Origin: Callorhinchus milii | Taxonomy: Eukaryota | DNA: 64,000 bases | Direction: 5' to 3' | NCBI RefSeq assembly: GCF_018977255.1 | Contig: NW_024704742.1 | Coordinates: 72,046,001-72,110,000, forward strand | Shown here: positions 12,800 to 26,384 of the stretch, piece by piece | Layout of the letters: each line of letters starts with the position of its first letter | Numbering within the stretch: position 1 is the stretch's first letter | The notes under the pieces: model-generated | What the model was told of the DNA's origin: nothing | The model's database searches: none | The model's input: only the letters and a program-made list of their open reading frames with translations | Made by a program: the position numbers and the translations under genes

Positions 12800-13180
12800 T
12801 AATCACACATACTCAGATACATACAGAAACACACACTCACATACACACAAACACACGCACACAGGCACACACACACACAATCACGCATACTCAGACACAT
12901 ACTAACATACACACTCACCCATCCACACACACACTCAGCCACACACACTCACACACACTCACAGACACACATACACACTCTCACACACAGACACACAGTC
13001 ATATACTCACATAGACACACACTCACATACACACTTTCAGATAGACACTCTCACACTCGTACTCGCATACACATATACGTATACACAGACAAAACCTGTA
13101 CACATGCCCTCATACACACACTACCTGCACACACGCAGACATGCATGCACACACGCAGACATGCATGCACACACACAAAC
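12800..13180. repeat. Degenerate (CA)n; similar tracts near 1-130, 14730-14930, 15540-15950, 29800-30055, 42040-42560
   Basis: Direct inspection. Confidence 0.9.
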
Positions 13181-13596
13181 ACCTGCTTACTGAGCAGCAA
13201 TGAGGTGCTGTGACAAACCCATCAGCAATTCACAACTCACACTTACACAGCACTTTTTACACAAGGCAGACATCTCAGATCTTCACAATGATGAATGAAA
13301 TGCTGGGGTGGGAGTTATCAACCAAAAGCACAATGAGGGAGAGGTTTTAAAGAGGTTTGTTGTTGTTCTTTATGGGAGAGGGCAAAGTCAAGAGAAGGAA
13401 CGATAATAAATCATATCAATAATATTATAATGGTTATTATTATAATAATCCCTGCATTTGATAGTATCTAAACACCAAAACATCTCAGAACACTTCACAG
13501 AAATCTCTACCAAGTGTAGTGATTGTATTTATAGCCAAGCTATGCTCAGCAATGTTTTACACACAGTCATGAAGTGATGGAGTAATTTATCTTGAG

Positions 13597-13789
13597 CAGG
13601 ATGGTCCAAGCATTTGGCTATGGAGGGCCAGATTCCCTATTTGAGAAATGTCCGCGGGCTGCATAAGCAATATTTTTTATGTTTCCCTTCCAGAAACGTA
13701 ACATAACATTTATAGGATATGGAGGGAGGGGTGGATGAAATCAGCCCGTGGGCCTAATGCAGCCCGGGGCCACCAGTTGGACCACCCTG
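13597..13789. mobile_element. hAT/Charlie-type MITE inserted in a DeuSINE
   Basis: TIRs CAGGATGGTCCAA / TTGGACCACCCTG (1 mismatch in 13); left flank ATCTTGAG resembles the NTCTAGAN target; TSD degenerate. Confidence 0.65.
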
Positions 13790-14889
13790 ACTAGTGGACT
13801 GTCGGCCAGGACACCGGGAAAGAGAGAAATTCCCGGCTCACTATCGTGTCAAGCAGTGTCATAAGATCTCTGAGCAGAATGGACCTGGGTTTAACATCTC
13901 AGCTGAAGGATGGCACCTCTGACAATGCAGTGCTCCACAGTATTGTCTCACAGTGTTGGGCTGCACTATGAGCTCAAAGGTCCAACTTGTGATTCGAACC
14001 CATAACTTTCTGTGCGAGAAGCTAATAGTTCCCTTGAAGGATGTGACATATAAGACTTTTTTGTGTTCAATTGATATTGCTCTTTTCACAGTTGGAATGA
14101 TGGTAAGGAGACGGTGAGGGCTCAAACCTGCACTTGTCAGATGTCAAATAACCAATGAGTGACTGTAATCTTTGTGAGGAAGTAAGCGGGGTCTCCTCAG
14201 TGCTGAACTTGCTTCAAGGTGACATGTTTGGCAAAGGAATATTGGAATTGAGCCACGCCTCTATAATATTCCAGGGCACAGCCCAGCCTGGTTCATCTGC
14301 AGGACTTGCAAGGACAGACCAGTCACTGGGGGCAGGGAATCCGACCAGTCGCTGGGGGCAGGGAATCCTCCCACTCAACTCCTGTTAACCCTGCAAGCCA
14401 AAGCTCCAATGGGTAGGGTGGTCCTAGCTGAACAAGCAGTGGAAACGTTTACCAAGCAGTGATCTCAATGGCAAGTAATGCGGTTTAGTTGGTTTGACTC
14501 CAGCAGTTACCTCAACGCACACTCTGGGGTCCCTAAACCTTGGCTCTTGCCAACCTGTGCCTGATACTCTCCAGAATTAGGTAAGCAGGATGCTTCCCTC
14601 CAGGGAGAGAGTGCATTCCATTCCAACAATCTGTCTCTGGGATACATGGAATTATCAGCTTGGTTTGGAGACTCTTAAGCATGGTGATGAGTTTCCACAT
14701 GTGTCGGACACCCGGCTGACCAAAAAACATTCTCTCACACATTCTTTCTCTCTCACGCACATCCTCTTTCATACTCTCTTTCTTTCACACACATTCTCTC
14801 ATACACACACTCTCTCCCATCTCTCCCTCTCTTTCACACTCTCACTCTCTCTCCCCCTTCACTCTCTCACGTACACTCTCACCCTTTCT

Positions 14890-14921
<32 letters not shown>

Positions 14922-16199
14922 CTCTCTCTGAGCTTGTGGGTTGGGGCTGCCGATTCATGCCTCACTGACCATCCATGTTCTGCCTCACATGACGGTGCAG
15001 GTGTGTGTGGGAACCCCACGTTGTACTCTAATTAGTGGCATAGTGTGAGCTCCCCCGCAGGGCTATTCAGCCCAGCCACTCACTCACATACAGTGCTCAC
15101 TGCCAACACTGACACACTGACACATCCCACAAAAGAGAAGGGCATTCAGGAAGGAGCGAGAGAGAGAGCGAGAGAGACAGACAGCGATAAGTACCTTGAA
15201 CTAGAAAAATACCTAAAAAGCAGTCAGCTACAGGGATAACTGCATCCTTCTTGCTTAAAGGGAACGGAAATGGGACTGAAAGGATTGTTCTTAAGGGAGC
15301 AGCACAGTCGCGATGTACCAAATGGGCTTCTTTCGTGCTGTAACTATCTATGGTTCTATGAGAGAGCGAGATAGAATGAGAGAGAGAGAGAGAGAGAAAG
15401 AAAGAGAGGACATAGAGCGAGAGGAAATCCTAGACTCCTACACTTTTACAGTAGAGGAGACAATTTGGCTCTTGTGCAGATCCCGCTATGACAGAGCCTC
15501 CGCTCACTCTTCATTGCACTACCCTACCTCCTGAGTGTGACTGTGTGTGAGAGAGCGTGTATATGTGAGGGTGTACATGTGTACTTGTGTGACAGAGTGT
15601 GCATCTGTTTGTAGTGCGTGTGTCTGTGTATGTAAGAGTGTATATGTGTGTGTCAATGTGTGTCAGTGTCACTACCAGTGAATGAGTGTATCAGTGTGTG
15701 TGTCAGAGAGTCAGTGAGTGTGTCAGTGTGTGAGTGTCGGTGAGAGTCAGTGAGTGTATCAGTGTGTGTGTCAGTGAGAGTGAGTGTGTGTGTCAGTGAG
15801 AGTGAGTGAGTGTGTCAGTGTGTGAGTCAGTGAGAGTGAGTGAGTGTGTCAGTGTGTGAGTGTCGGTGAGAGTCAGTGAGTGTATCAGTGTGTGTCAGTG
15901 AGAGTGAGTGAGTGTGTCAGTGTGTGTGAGTGTCAGTGAGAGTAAGTGTGTAAAATCCTCTCTAATTTCTCTGTTATTTTGGTGATGGTCTGAAATCAAT
16001 GGTGTGAACTCACACCCAGCAGAGAGAGTTTCTCTTTATTCACATTGTCAAACCTCAAACTAGGACCCCTCTGCCATGGCTCCCCTTCACCTGTGAAGAG
16101 ACAGTGGAGAGAGAGAGAGAAAGCTGTTACTTCTCTCCCACTCTAACCAAAGTCCACCCTGCCGGTGGCAGTCAGAAACACCTCCCATTGATACCCCTT

Positions 16200-16780
16200 T
16201 TGTTTGATCAGCCAGGTATCTGACACATGAGAAACCCATCATCATGTTTAAGAATCTCCAAATCAAACTGAGATTTTCATGTATCCCACCTACACATGGA
16301 AATCCCGGAGATAGATTGTTGGAATGGAATGTGCACTCACTTCTTGGAGGCTTGCATCCTTCTTACTTAATTCAGGAGAGTATTAGGCGCAGGTTGGTAA
16401 GAGCCAAGATTTGGGGGACCATTAGCGTGTGCATTGGGGTAACTGCTGTAGTTTAACCAGCTAAATTTGCGTAGCTTGCCATTGAGTCCACTTCGCAAGC
16501 TTTCCTGCTTGTCCAGCTGGGACCACCCTACCCGTTTGGGCTTTGGCTTGAAGGGTTAAAAGGAGCTGAGTGGGAGGATTCCCTGTCCCCCGTGATTGAT
16601 CTGACCTTCCTGCTGATGAGCCAGGCTGGGTTGTGCTGTCATCAGCAATGCCCTGGAATACTGCGGACCTGCCTGGCTCAAGAACCGGATGACCGAGACC
16701 ACCAAAGTGGGCTGGCTTGATTCTGACGTTTGGTGCCAGGTATGTCACCTTGGAGCCAGTTCAGCCCCGAGGAGACCCCA
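16200..16780 (-). repeat. Unclassified ~600-bp dispersed family; copies near 1040-1490, 14190-14728, 17420-17890, 40220-41095, 43850-44100, 48170-48600, 54850-55020, 60260-60520
   Basis: Shared blocks GTTAACCCTGCAAGCC, CTTGGCTCTTGCCAACCTG and a fixed end GACACCCGGCTGACCAAAA. Confidence 0.85.
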
Positions 16781-19700
16781 CTTACGATGCTTAAGAGTCT
16801 CCAATCCAAGCTGAAAATTCCTTACATTCCACCTACCCATGGAAATTCCACTGCTCCCTCGTATACTCACATGGTTACTGCTGTCTGTTAATATCAGCCT
16901 ATATAAAGGTATCACTGTTAATATCAGCCAACATAGAGGTTAATATCAGACTGTGTGGAGGTATCAGGAACATCAGGGCAGTGTTAACCTGGGAAACTGG
17001 AGCCTGTGTGTGGGGGGGTCAGTGATGTGTCGGCCTGCAGGGAACAGGATAGAAAACCAATGCTCACAGTGGGGAAAACGCTCAATGTGACAGCTCACAG
17101 CCTAATTGGGCTTTGGCCTCTTTGGGATCTTTTGAGAGAATAACTGTTGTTGGTAGTGTTTGTCTGTCAGTGAGGGCTACAGAGAAACCTCAGCCCCGGA
17201 CAGTCTGTACCACACAGCCCAATAAAGGGCTTTCACAACTTGTGTGTCATATTAACTAAACATCTTTTTAGGGAGTGGGCCAGGAGGTGAGAGAGAGAGA
17301 GAGAGAGAGAGAGTGTGAGAAAGAGACAAAGACACATTAATCAGAGCGGCAACCTCAGGAGCTTTGAGAAAGGCAGTGGGGAGGGAGGGAGTGGGGGGGG
17401 AGGGTGAAGGAGAGAGTTTTTGTGGTCAGCCGGGTGTCAGACACAAGCGGAAACCCATGCTTAAGAGTATGCTTAAGAGTATCCAAACCAAGCCGAGATT
17501 TCCATGAATCCCACCTACATATGGAAATCCCAGAGATAAATTGTTGGAATGGAATGCACACTCTCTCCCTGGAGGGACACATCCTGTTTACCTAATTCTG
17601 GAGAGTATTAGGCACAGTTTGGCAAGAGCCAAGGCTTGGAGACCCCAGAGTGTGTGTTGGGGAAACTGCTGGAGTCTAACCAGTTAAAACTACATAGCTT
17701 GCCATTGATATGGCTGTCTGGCAAGCTTTCCTGCTGCTTATCCAGCTGGGACCACCCTACCCATTAGGGCTTTGGGTTGTAGGGTTAACAGGAGCTGAGT
17801 GGGAGGATTCGCTGCCCCCAGTGACTGGTCTGTCCTTCCAAGTCCTGCCTATGAGCCAGGTTGGGCTGGCTTTCCTCAGTAATGCCCTGCATCCTCCCCC
17901 AAAGGAGGATAGTCAGGGAATAGAGAGGGTGAGATGGAAAGAGAGGGAAAGAGTGCAAGAGAAAGAGAGAGAGCAGCTGTTAATTAGTGCCTTCGGTCAG
18001 TGACCTCTCTGGAAAGCTGTGTTCTCTGCCTTTCATTTACACTTTCTCACTGAATAGAAGCAACACATCAGCAAAAGGACAGGTGTCGGTGGAGAAGGGA
18101 GTGACTTTAACACTCCATTATTGTCGATTTGAGAGATTTCCCTTCCTTCCTTACACCATATCAGCCTGGCTCAGCCATTCACACTCACCCCACTGAGGCA
18201 GGAGGTTCTGGGTTTAAGCCCCACGTCGGGGACTCTGAGTTCATAGTCTAGGCTGATGCTCCAGTGCAGTGCTGGCATGGTGTTGCATTGTCAGAGACGA
18301 TGTCCTTCGGATGAAACATTAAACTGAGTTCCATCTGATATTAAACTGAGCTCTCTTTCTTACTCTCTCTCTCTCTCCGCCATTAAACGTTTGTTCAGAT
18401 GGAGGTTAAAGATTCCATGGCGCGTTGAATAAGAGAAGGAAGTGTCCTGGCCAACAATCCTCGGGATAAAATTGAACATACACTTCATGGAATGAAGTTT
18501 GCTGTTTGAGGTGACATTGCTTCGTCCAAATCAGTTGCTATGCTCATCTACAAAATACTCAATCACTGCACTTTACAGCACATCCTGTGGAGCAGGACAT
18601 CCTATCAGATATCCTGCTGACATGAAAGGCACTTGATCAGATGTAAGGATTATTGTTATTAATAACACCCTCCCCCCGTGCCCCCAATCTCACACCTGCT
18701 CCCTAATGTTTTGGTCAGCCCGTGTTTGACACACACGGAAACCCGTCCTTAACAGTCTCCAAACCAGACTGAGAATTCCACATATGTATATCATCTACAG
18801 CAGTACGGATAAATTGGGGGAAGAGCAGGGAATGGGATTGGAATAGAGAGCTCCAGTGGGGGAGCGAGCACCAGCATAGATACAATGGGGAGAGAGCAGG
18901 AGATGGGATTATAATAATAAATAATAATAATAATCTTTGCATTTTATATAGTGCCTTATCACATCTTTGAGATGTCTCAAAGTACTTCACATACAATTAC
19001 AATATACTGTACAATGAATTGACTGTATACTTTTTGTGGGTAAAACGCGGCAGTCAATTGCACACACCAATGTCCCACAAACAGTCGTGGATTGAGTAAC
19101 AAAATTATTATTTTTTAAGGGATTATTGCACCAGGAAAAGTGATTCACCAATCAACTAACAACTGGGTTCCAACTTACTAGTGGGTAAACAGAGGCATGT
19201 GGAGTAAAGAAACTTATCCAATGTTTCGCCCTGCCTGGGAATCAAACCTAGTTTCCTCTTGCTTGCAACGTGAAGACTCTAACCACTAAACTACAGGACA
19301 CCACATGATTAGAGTAGAGAGCTCCAGTGGGAGTGAGCAGAGCCATCACATTCACAGAGCTTTGCTGCACTATCAAGGACAGGTTTTCACTGAGAATAGT
19401 GACAGGAATTTAGAGAGGGTCCCTAACATCACATCTCAACCCACCATCGCCTGCCGCTGCTTAATTAAATCAATTTCCTGAGATTGGTCCAGTCTGATCA
19501 ATTAGGAGATAGCGCTGACAAAGAGAATGAATCAGGTTTTCCTCAATTCACTCAGCACTTCCCTCCACTCTTCTCTCAATAATCCTTCCTTGCATTTCAT
19601 ATAGCGTTTTTCACGTCTTCTAGATGTCTCAAAGTGCTTCACAGAATATACTGTTAAGTGAATTGACTGTATATTTGTGGGCAAAATGCAGCAACCAATT

Positions 19701-20182
19701 ACACACAGCAGTGTCCCACAAACAGTCGTGGATTGAGTAACCATATTATTATTGTTTTTCTTCTTGAGGGATTATTAGCAAGTGTGTACTCTCGCTTGTG
19801 AAGCGAGTGCTCTAATCACTGAACTACAGGACTTCCATCCCTCCATTCCTCCACTCCTCCACTCCTCCATTCCTCCACTCCCTCCATCCCAAAATGTACT
19901 GGTTAGAGAACCTGGGTTCGATTTCCAGGAAACTTTAGGCAAGTTTCCGTACTCCACCCAGTTCTGTTTACTTAGCATTAAGTAGGAACACGTTTTTAGT
20001 CGATTGGCAGATCGCTTTCTAGGGTTAATAATGCTTAAAAAAAAATGCGGGCACTCAATCCACGACTGTTTGTGTGACACTGCTGTACACAATTGGCATT
20101 GCCCCCCCACCCAGCACACACATAGACAACCTGACACTAACAACACGTTGCACTTACACAGCACAGGACAAATTACACTTTC

Positions 20183-22480
20183 ATCAGGAGAATGTCCCAA
20201 GGTGCTGGACAATGAAGGGTTTGCACCCGAGCTGGGGGTTGGAATCAGGAGGGGTGGAGGGCAATAGGGTGTGGGGCAGAGAATAACTGAAGGCATAGTC
20301 AAAGAGGAAGGTCTTGAGGTAAACCTTGCAGCAGGTAAGGGGGAGGGCGAGGCAAAGTGATTGTGGGTAGAGTTCCAGAGATTGGGGGCATAGAGGCTGA
20401 CGGCCCACCCGCCGATGGTGGGATGAGCAGGGCGGGGGGAGGGGGAATGGTGCAGGTTGGAGCCTGCTGACCGGATGGAGCAGACAGGTTGATAAGGTTT
20501 TAGAAGGTCAACAACAACAACAACTACTACTTGCATTTATATTGCATTTATATAGCTCCCTTCAAGCAGGGTAGTGTCCTGAAGCGCTTGACAGTGACGC
20601 AGTCTGACACTGAGCTAAGGGGAGAGGGAGGGGGGAAGTGACTGTAAGTACGATCAAAAAGAAAGGTCTTTAGGCAGGATTTGAAAGCGGGGAGTGAGAG
20701 GGCAAGGTTGAGGGAGAGAGCTCCAGAGTTTCGGGGTATAGCGGCTGAAGGCATGGCCACTGATGGTGAAGCGGAGGGGACGAGGGACAAACAGGACAAA
20801 CGGGTGGTAGAATGGGGAGGTAAGCAGATCGGATAGGTAGGGAGTTGCGAGGGAATGAAGGGATTTAAAAACAAATGAGATGATCTTGAAATCGGCCCAT
20901 TCGGTAATTGGGAGCCAGTGGAACCTGGCAAGGACTGGTGTGATGGGGCTGTGGAGTTTTGTGCAGCTGAGTATCCGGGCGGCGGAGTTTTGGATTAATT
21001 GAATTTTGTGTATGGTGGAACTAGAGAGACCAGGGAAGAGGGCATTGGAATAGTCCAAGTGATGGAGGCTAGTTTCAGCTGCGGTAGCGTGAGGTACAGA
21101 TGGAGGTGGGCAATGTGACAGAGGTGGAAAAAAAATGGTCCTGATCAGGGAACGGATATGGGGTAGAAAGGAAAGCTGGAGATTGAACCTAAGTTGCGCA
21201 TGAGTTCTGTGAGTCTAAGGGAGAGCCCAGGGAGGTTAAGGAGTTCAGACCCACAGCAGAAAAGACTTTGATGGGAGCCAAAAAGTATGGCTTCCATCTT
21301 GCTGACATTCAGCTGCAGAAAATTTGCGCTCATCCAGGTCTTGATGCCATCAAACAAGCTGACAGACATCAGTAGACTGGGAGTCGCAGCTAGAGGAGCA
21401 GAAGTAGATTTGGTCGTTAACGCTCTTCCAAAGTAGCTCTTCCAAAGAACTGGCACAGGCACGATAGGCCAAATGGCCTCCTTTCCTTCTGTGCTGTAAT
21501 ATTCTATGATCCTATGACCCCATATCTGCAGATGATATCGCCAAGAGAGGGCATGTAGATAAGGAAAAGATGTGTGCCAAGGATGGAGCCTTGGGGTACC
21601 CTACGGTGGGGGCAGGAGGAAAAAACATTTGCTGAAATGTATTGTTGACAGTTTGTTAAGAAGAACTCGAACCATGCGACTGCATGATGTTGAAGGATGT
21701 GAGAGTTTACCTGATGGAGTGGGGAGGCGAGCCTTGCAGCGTATGTGCAGATGGGGCAGTTGGGGAGGCTGCTCTGGGACAACCATTGCCGAGTGCTGCT
21801 GTGAGCCTGGTGGAGGATGCCTAGGCTGGACCAGAGGGAGGCTGTGGGAGGGTCCAGGAGAGAGAGAAGACGGGGAGGGCAGTAAGAGGAAGGATTGAGT
21901 GGGAGTGATGAACCACAACAACAAAATTACATTTGTATAGTGCCTTTCACGTCAGGAGGACATGCCAAGGCGCTGGACAGTCAGTGTTTTGGACCCAAGC
22001 TGGGGGTCGGGATTGGGAGGGTGGAGGCCAGGGAGGAATCAGGGTAATCGAAAGCACGATTGAAGAGGAGGGTCTTCGAAGGGTGAGGAGTAGGAGTGGA
22101 GCATTTTGGGAGGGGTTGGCTGGGTCAGGGGTGGCAGCCAAACGCGCACACGAGACTGGGAGCCGAGCGATCAGTGGGGCATCATCAGCCCTCAGGCAGG
22201 GGTGGGGGTTAGGGGAGACAGCACAGAGAGGTAAGAGAGGGGATGGTGGAAATAAGGATTAATAAGGCTGTGGAGGGCTATAAAAGCGAGGATGAGGATC
22301 TTGAGCTTTATCCTCTGAGAGATTTGGAGCCAGTGGAGCCGGGCGAGGATGGGAGCGTTCGGCTCACGGAGCCTCGTGCGGGAGAGGACATGAGCTGCAG
22401 AGTTCTGAATGGTCTGTGGCTTGTGAAGGCTGAGGAGACCTACAAGCAGAAAGTTAGTGTAGTCGAACCTAGATTTGATA
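20183..22480 (-). mobile_element. Cluster of degraded L2 fragments with a CR1 3' fragment (~21410-21510)
   Basis: Several L2 C-terminal translations and tails. Confidence 0.75.
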
Positions 22481-23510
22481 CAAGCATAGATAACAGTGAC
22501 CCCTTACACAGTCTGGTACTAACAGTCACACCTTTGTAGCAGAGACAATCTTGTTTGACTCCAACTGAGTCCCAATTCTGATCCATTCAACCTTCTCCCA
22601 CCTCTACAACATTGCCTGCCTCCGCCACTGCCTCTCCCCTACCAAAACATGCTTTTATCATGTCCAGGCTTTATTACGCAAACTCTGTATTCTCCGGACT
22701 TCCCAACTCTTCCCTCCATAAGCAGCAGACCATCCAGAATTCTGCAGCTTGTGACCTATCCTGCACCAAGCATCTCAACATGCTTCACAGAATATATTAT
22801 TAAGTGGATTGACTGCGTATTTTGTGGGCAAAACGCAGAAGCCAATTGCACACAGCAGTGTCCCATAAACAGTCATGGATTGAGGGAGCAATTTATTTAT
22901 TTATTAATTTATTAATTAAGGGATTATTACCTTGTGAAAGGGCTTCACCAATCGAATAACAACATGTGGAGTAAGGAAACTTACCTAAGGTTTCGCCGTG
23001 CCCAGGAATGGGAACCTTGCTAACCATGTTGCTACGGGAATCCACCAGACCCTAATCTATGTGAGGGAGTTGGTGAGAGAGTGGGTGTTACAGTGTATTG
23101 GAGGGGGAATGGGTGAGAGAGTGTGTGTTACAGTTTGTGGGAGGGTTTGTGTTACAGTCTGTGGGGAGGGAGGAAGGCTGAGAGAGTGGGTGAGAGTGTC
23201 TGTGGCGAATGAGTGCAGCAATGGGTGAGAGTGTATGCGTTGTGGAGGGAATGAGGCTGAATGGGGTCGTCTGGGAATGCTGTCAGTATTCACTCTTGGG
23301 ACCAGAATGACCTGGCCTCAGTGAAAGAGGCTCCGGCCAGAGCTGTCTGACATTGCCCCAGAGAGAGGTCACCGCATGGCCCACACCACACATTGCAGGT
23401 GTGCACACAGCAGGCAGCTTTAGAGAGATCAAAGGCTTCAGCACAGCCTGGGTGCTGCCAACTTTAATTAGTCTCTTAAATATCCTTCGTCGATCCCCCT
23501 GCCATGGCCC

Positions 23511-24132
23511 TGTAAGCAATCCCAGAATTATGAGCTGTCTTAAATTGACCAAAGAAAATTGCAAAGACTCAAGGACCTGTTTATTTGGTAAAAACTGACT
23601 ATATACACAAATGCATGCAGACCAAGGACAATAGAAAACAGTGAAAGGATATTTAAGGAACAAAGTTTTCTTCAACTTCATTGTGGGCAGACAAAGACCT
23701 GTTTGAAAAAACCTGTTGGAATTTTGATAAAGTTTGTCCTTGGTTTGTAGCTGGTATTTCTAATAACACATTGGCATATGTAACCGAAAAGGTATAAAGA
23801 AACTGAGATTTTTGGGTTATATCGGAGAAGAAAGAGATTTGGGAATGGACTAGCTATCCGCAACCAATCTCGAGGAAAGAGTGATTTGCTACAATCAACA
23901 TGGATTGACGCACATTAACAAGCCGATTTCTCATCAAAGCCACTGTATCAGTCTGATCAACTCATTGCAGTGAACTTTACTTATCTGTTGTAAGCATTAA
24001 TTCGATTTGATGAAACCTATAACTTTGATATGCTTTTTCTTTACTAATTCTTTATCAAATATTACTACTTAAAAGGAAATATGTGTCAGTTCATACTTGA
24101 CCGCATGCTCACAAATTTATATGAACCTTACA
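23511..24132 (+). mobile_element. Candidate solo LTR
   Basis: TGTAAG...CTTACA termini, AT-rich, TATAAA 23793-23798, interrupts an L2 3' remnant; no clear TSD. Confidence 0.55.
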
Positions 24133-26384
24133 CTGCTTCCTTCTCCATTTTCAGGCAGTGCCTGAAGACTGTACCTATGGTCCCCTACCCCCTTTCCCCG
24201 GCTCGGCATCGTGTTCCGCCACTGTAAAGTGCTATGGGATACTACTGGGGTGAAGGGTGCTATATAAATGCAAGCTGTTGTTGTAATAGCAGCTTAATGT
24301 TGGAGTCCTATAGCTCAGTGGTTAGAACACTCACCTCTCAAGCGAGAAACCTGGGTTTGATTCCCAGCAGGGCAAAACCTTGGGCAAGTTTCCTTACTCC
24401 ACACACCTGATAATAATCCCTCAAGAAAAAAAAACAATAATAAATTGGTCACTTCAATCCACGTCTGTTTGTGGGACATAGCTGTGCGTAATTGGCTGCC
24501 GCATTTCACCCATAAATATACAGTCAATTCACTTTACAGTTTATTCTGTGAAGTGCTTTGAGACGTCTAGAAGATGTGAAAAGCGCTATATCACATGCAA
24601 TGATTATCATTATTATTAATGGTTACAGCACCCGCCTCACAAGCGAGAGGACCCGGAATCGATTCCCAGGCAGGGCGAAACCTTAGGCAAGTTTCCTTAT
24701 TCCACACGACTCTGTTTACTTAGCAGTAAGTAGGAACCTGGCTCTTTGATGATTGGCTGATTGCATTCCTTGGATAATAATTTCTCAAAAAAAATACAGT
24801 CACACAATCCACATTGGTGGGACACTACTGTGCACATTTGGCTACCAGGTTTTGCACATAAGATATACAGTCAATTCACTTTATAGTATATTCTGTGAAG
24901 TACTTTGAGACACCTCAACATGGTAAGGCACTATATCAAATGCAAGGATTATTATTAAGGATTATTTTAGTCCATTTTTATTTTATTCTATTTAGCCCTC
25001 CTTTTTATTTTAGTCCATTTAGCCCTCCTCAGTACCCTAGAGTCTGTCACTTTCATCTCTGAGACAGAAAGGTATCTTTCACATTGATCAGATGTCTCCT
25101 GATGCCTTTCACATCAGGAGGATAGCTCAAAGTGCTTCATAGGATTCACTGTAAAGTGTAGTGACTATGTGTTTTGTAGGCAACACAGCAGCCAATTTGC
25201 GCACAGCAATATCCAACACACAGCTGTGAAGTGAGTGAGTGATCTCATTTGGGGGATTGTCGTCCAAGACACCGGGAGAGAGAAACTCCCTTTTCTTTTC
25301 AAGTAGTGCCACAGGATCTTTAACGTCCATTTGAATAGGCACAGGCAGGGGCTCAGTTTAAAGTTTTGTCTGAAGGACGGCGTCTCTGACAATGCAGCAC
25401 TCCCCCCAGCACTGCACTGGAGCATCAGCCTGAACTGTGAGCTCAGAGTACCCAACATGGGACTGAACTAACAATCTAAAAAAACGAATCAAGGAAAGTT
25501 TGTTAATGGGTAGATCACGTACAGGACTGGGGAGAGTTGTTTTGTGGAGTCCTGTGGTTTAGTGGAAAGAGCACTCACCTCTCAAGCGAGAGGACCAGGA
25601 TTCGACTCCTGGGCGGGAACGAAACGTTAGGCAAGTTTCCTTAATTCACACATCCCTGTTTACCTAACAGTAAGTAGGAACCTGATTGTTTGATGATTGC
25701 CAGATCTCTTTTCTGCAGGATTAAGGTAATAATCCCTTAAAACAAAAAATCCATTTTAAAAATGATAATTTAGTCATTCAATCCATGTATGTTACATACA
25801 TTAGAATACATTAGAACACCTACGCTATTTGCCTCAACAACTCCTTGTGTTTCCACAAGTAGAAACACAAGGAGTTTATCTATCCTATATAGTTTAAAGT
25901 TATTATTATAACTTTAAACTATATAGTTGTCTATCCTATCAAAACCTTCTGTGGGACTGTTTGGCTGCCGCATTTCGCCCAGAAAATATATGGTCAATCT
26001 ACTTTACAGTATATCCTGTGAAGCTTTTTGAGACGTCTCGAAGACATGATAAGGCACTTTATCAAATGAAAGGGTTAGTATTATTTTTATCTTGCAACTC
26101 GGAGGCAGAATGACTGACCTGGCTCAGAAGTCAGCACTCTCAGTGCTGAATACACACTGTGCGAGGACCGAGGGTAAAGCAAGGCTGTACATGAGTGGAG
26201 AGGGTTAGTGCTGGCGCTGGGTGTGTGTCAGTCAGTGAATCACTTGCAGTACCACTTCCCGCTGATAGATGTCAGCATCTGTCTTACTCTGGGCGTTTCA
26301 CCCACAAATTACAGTCAGTTCACTTTACAGCATATCCTGTGAAGCGCTTTGAGACGTCTTGAAGCCATGATAAGGCACTATAGC

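Noticed and set aside
16611..16650. CTGATGAG as a hammerhead core
   Set aside because: No correctly placed GAAA after a stem II; it forms a simple hairpin with TCATCAG.
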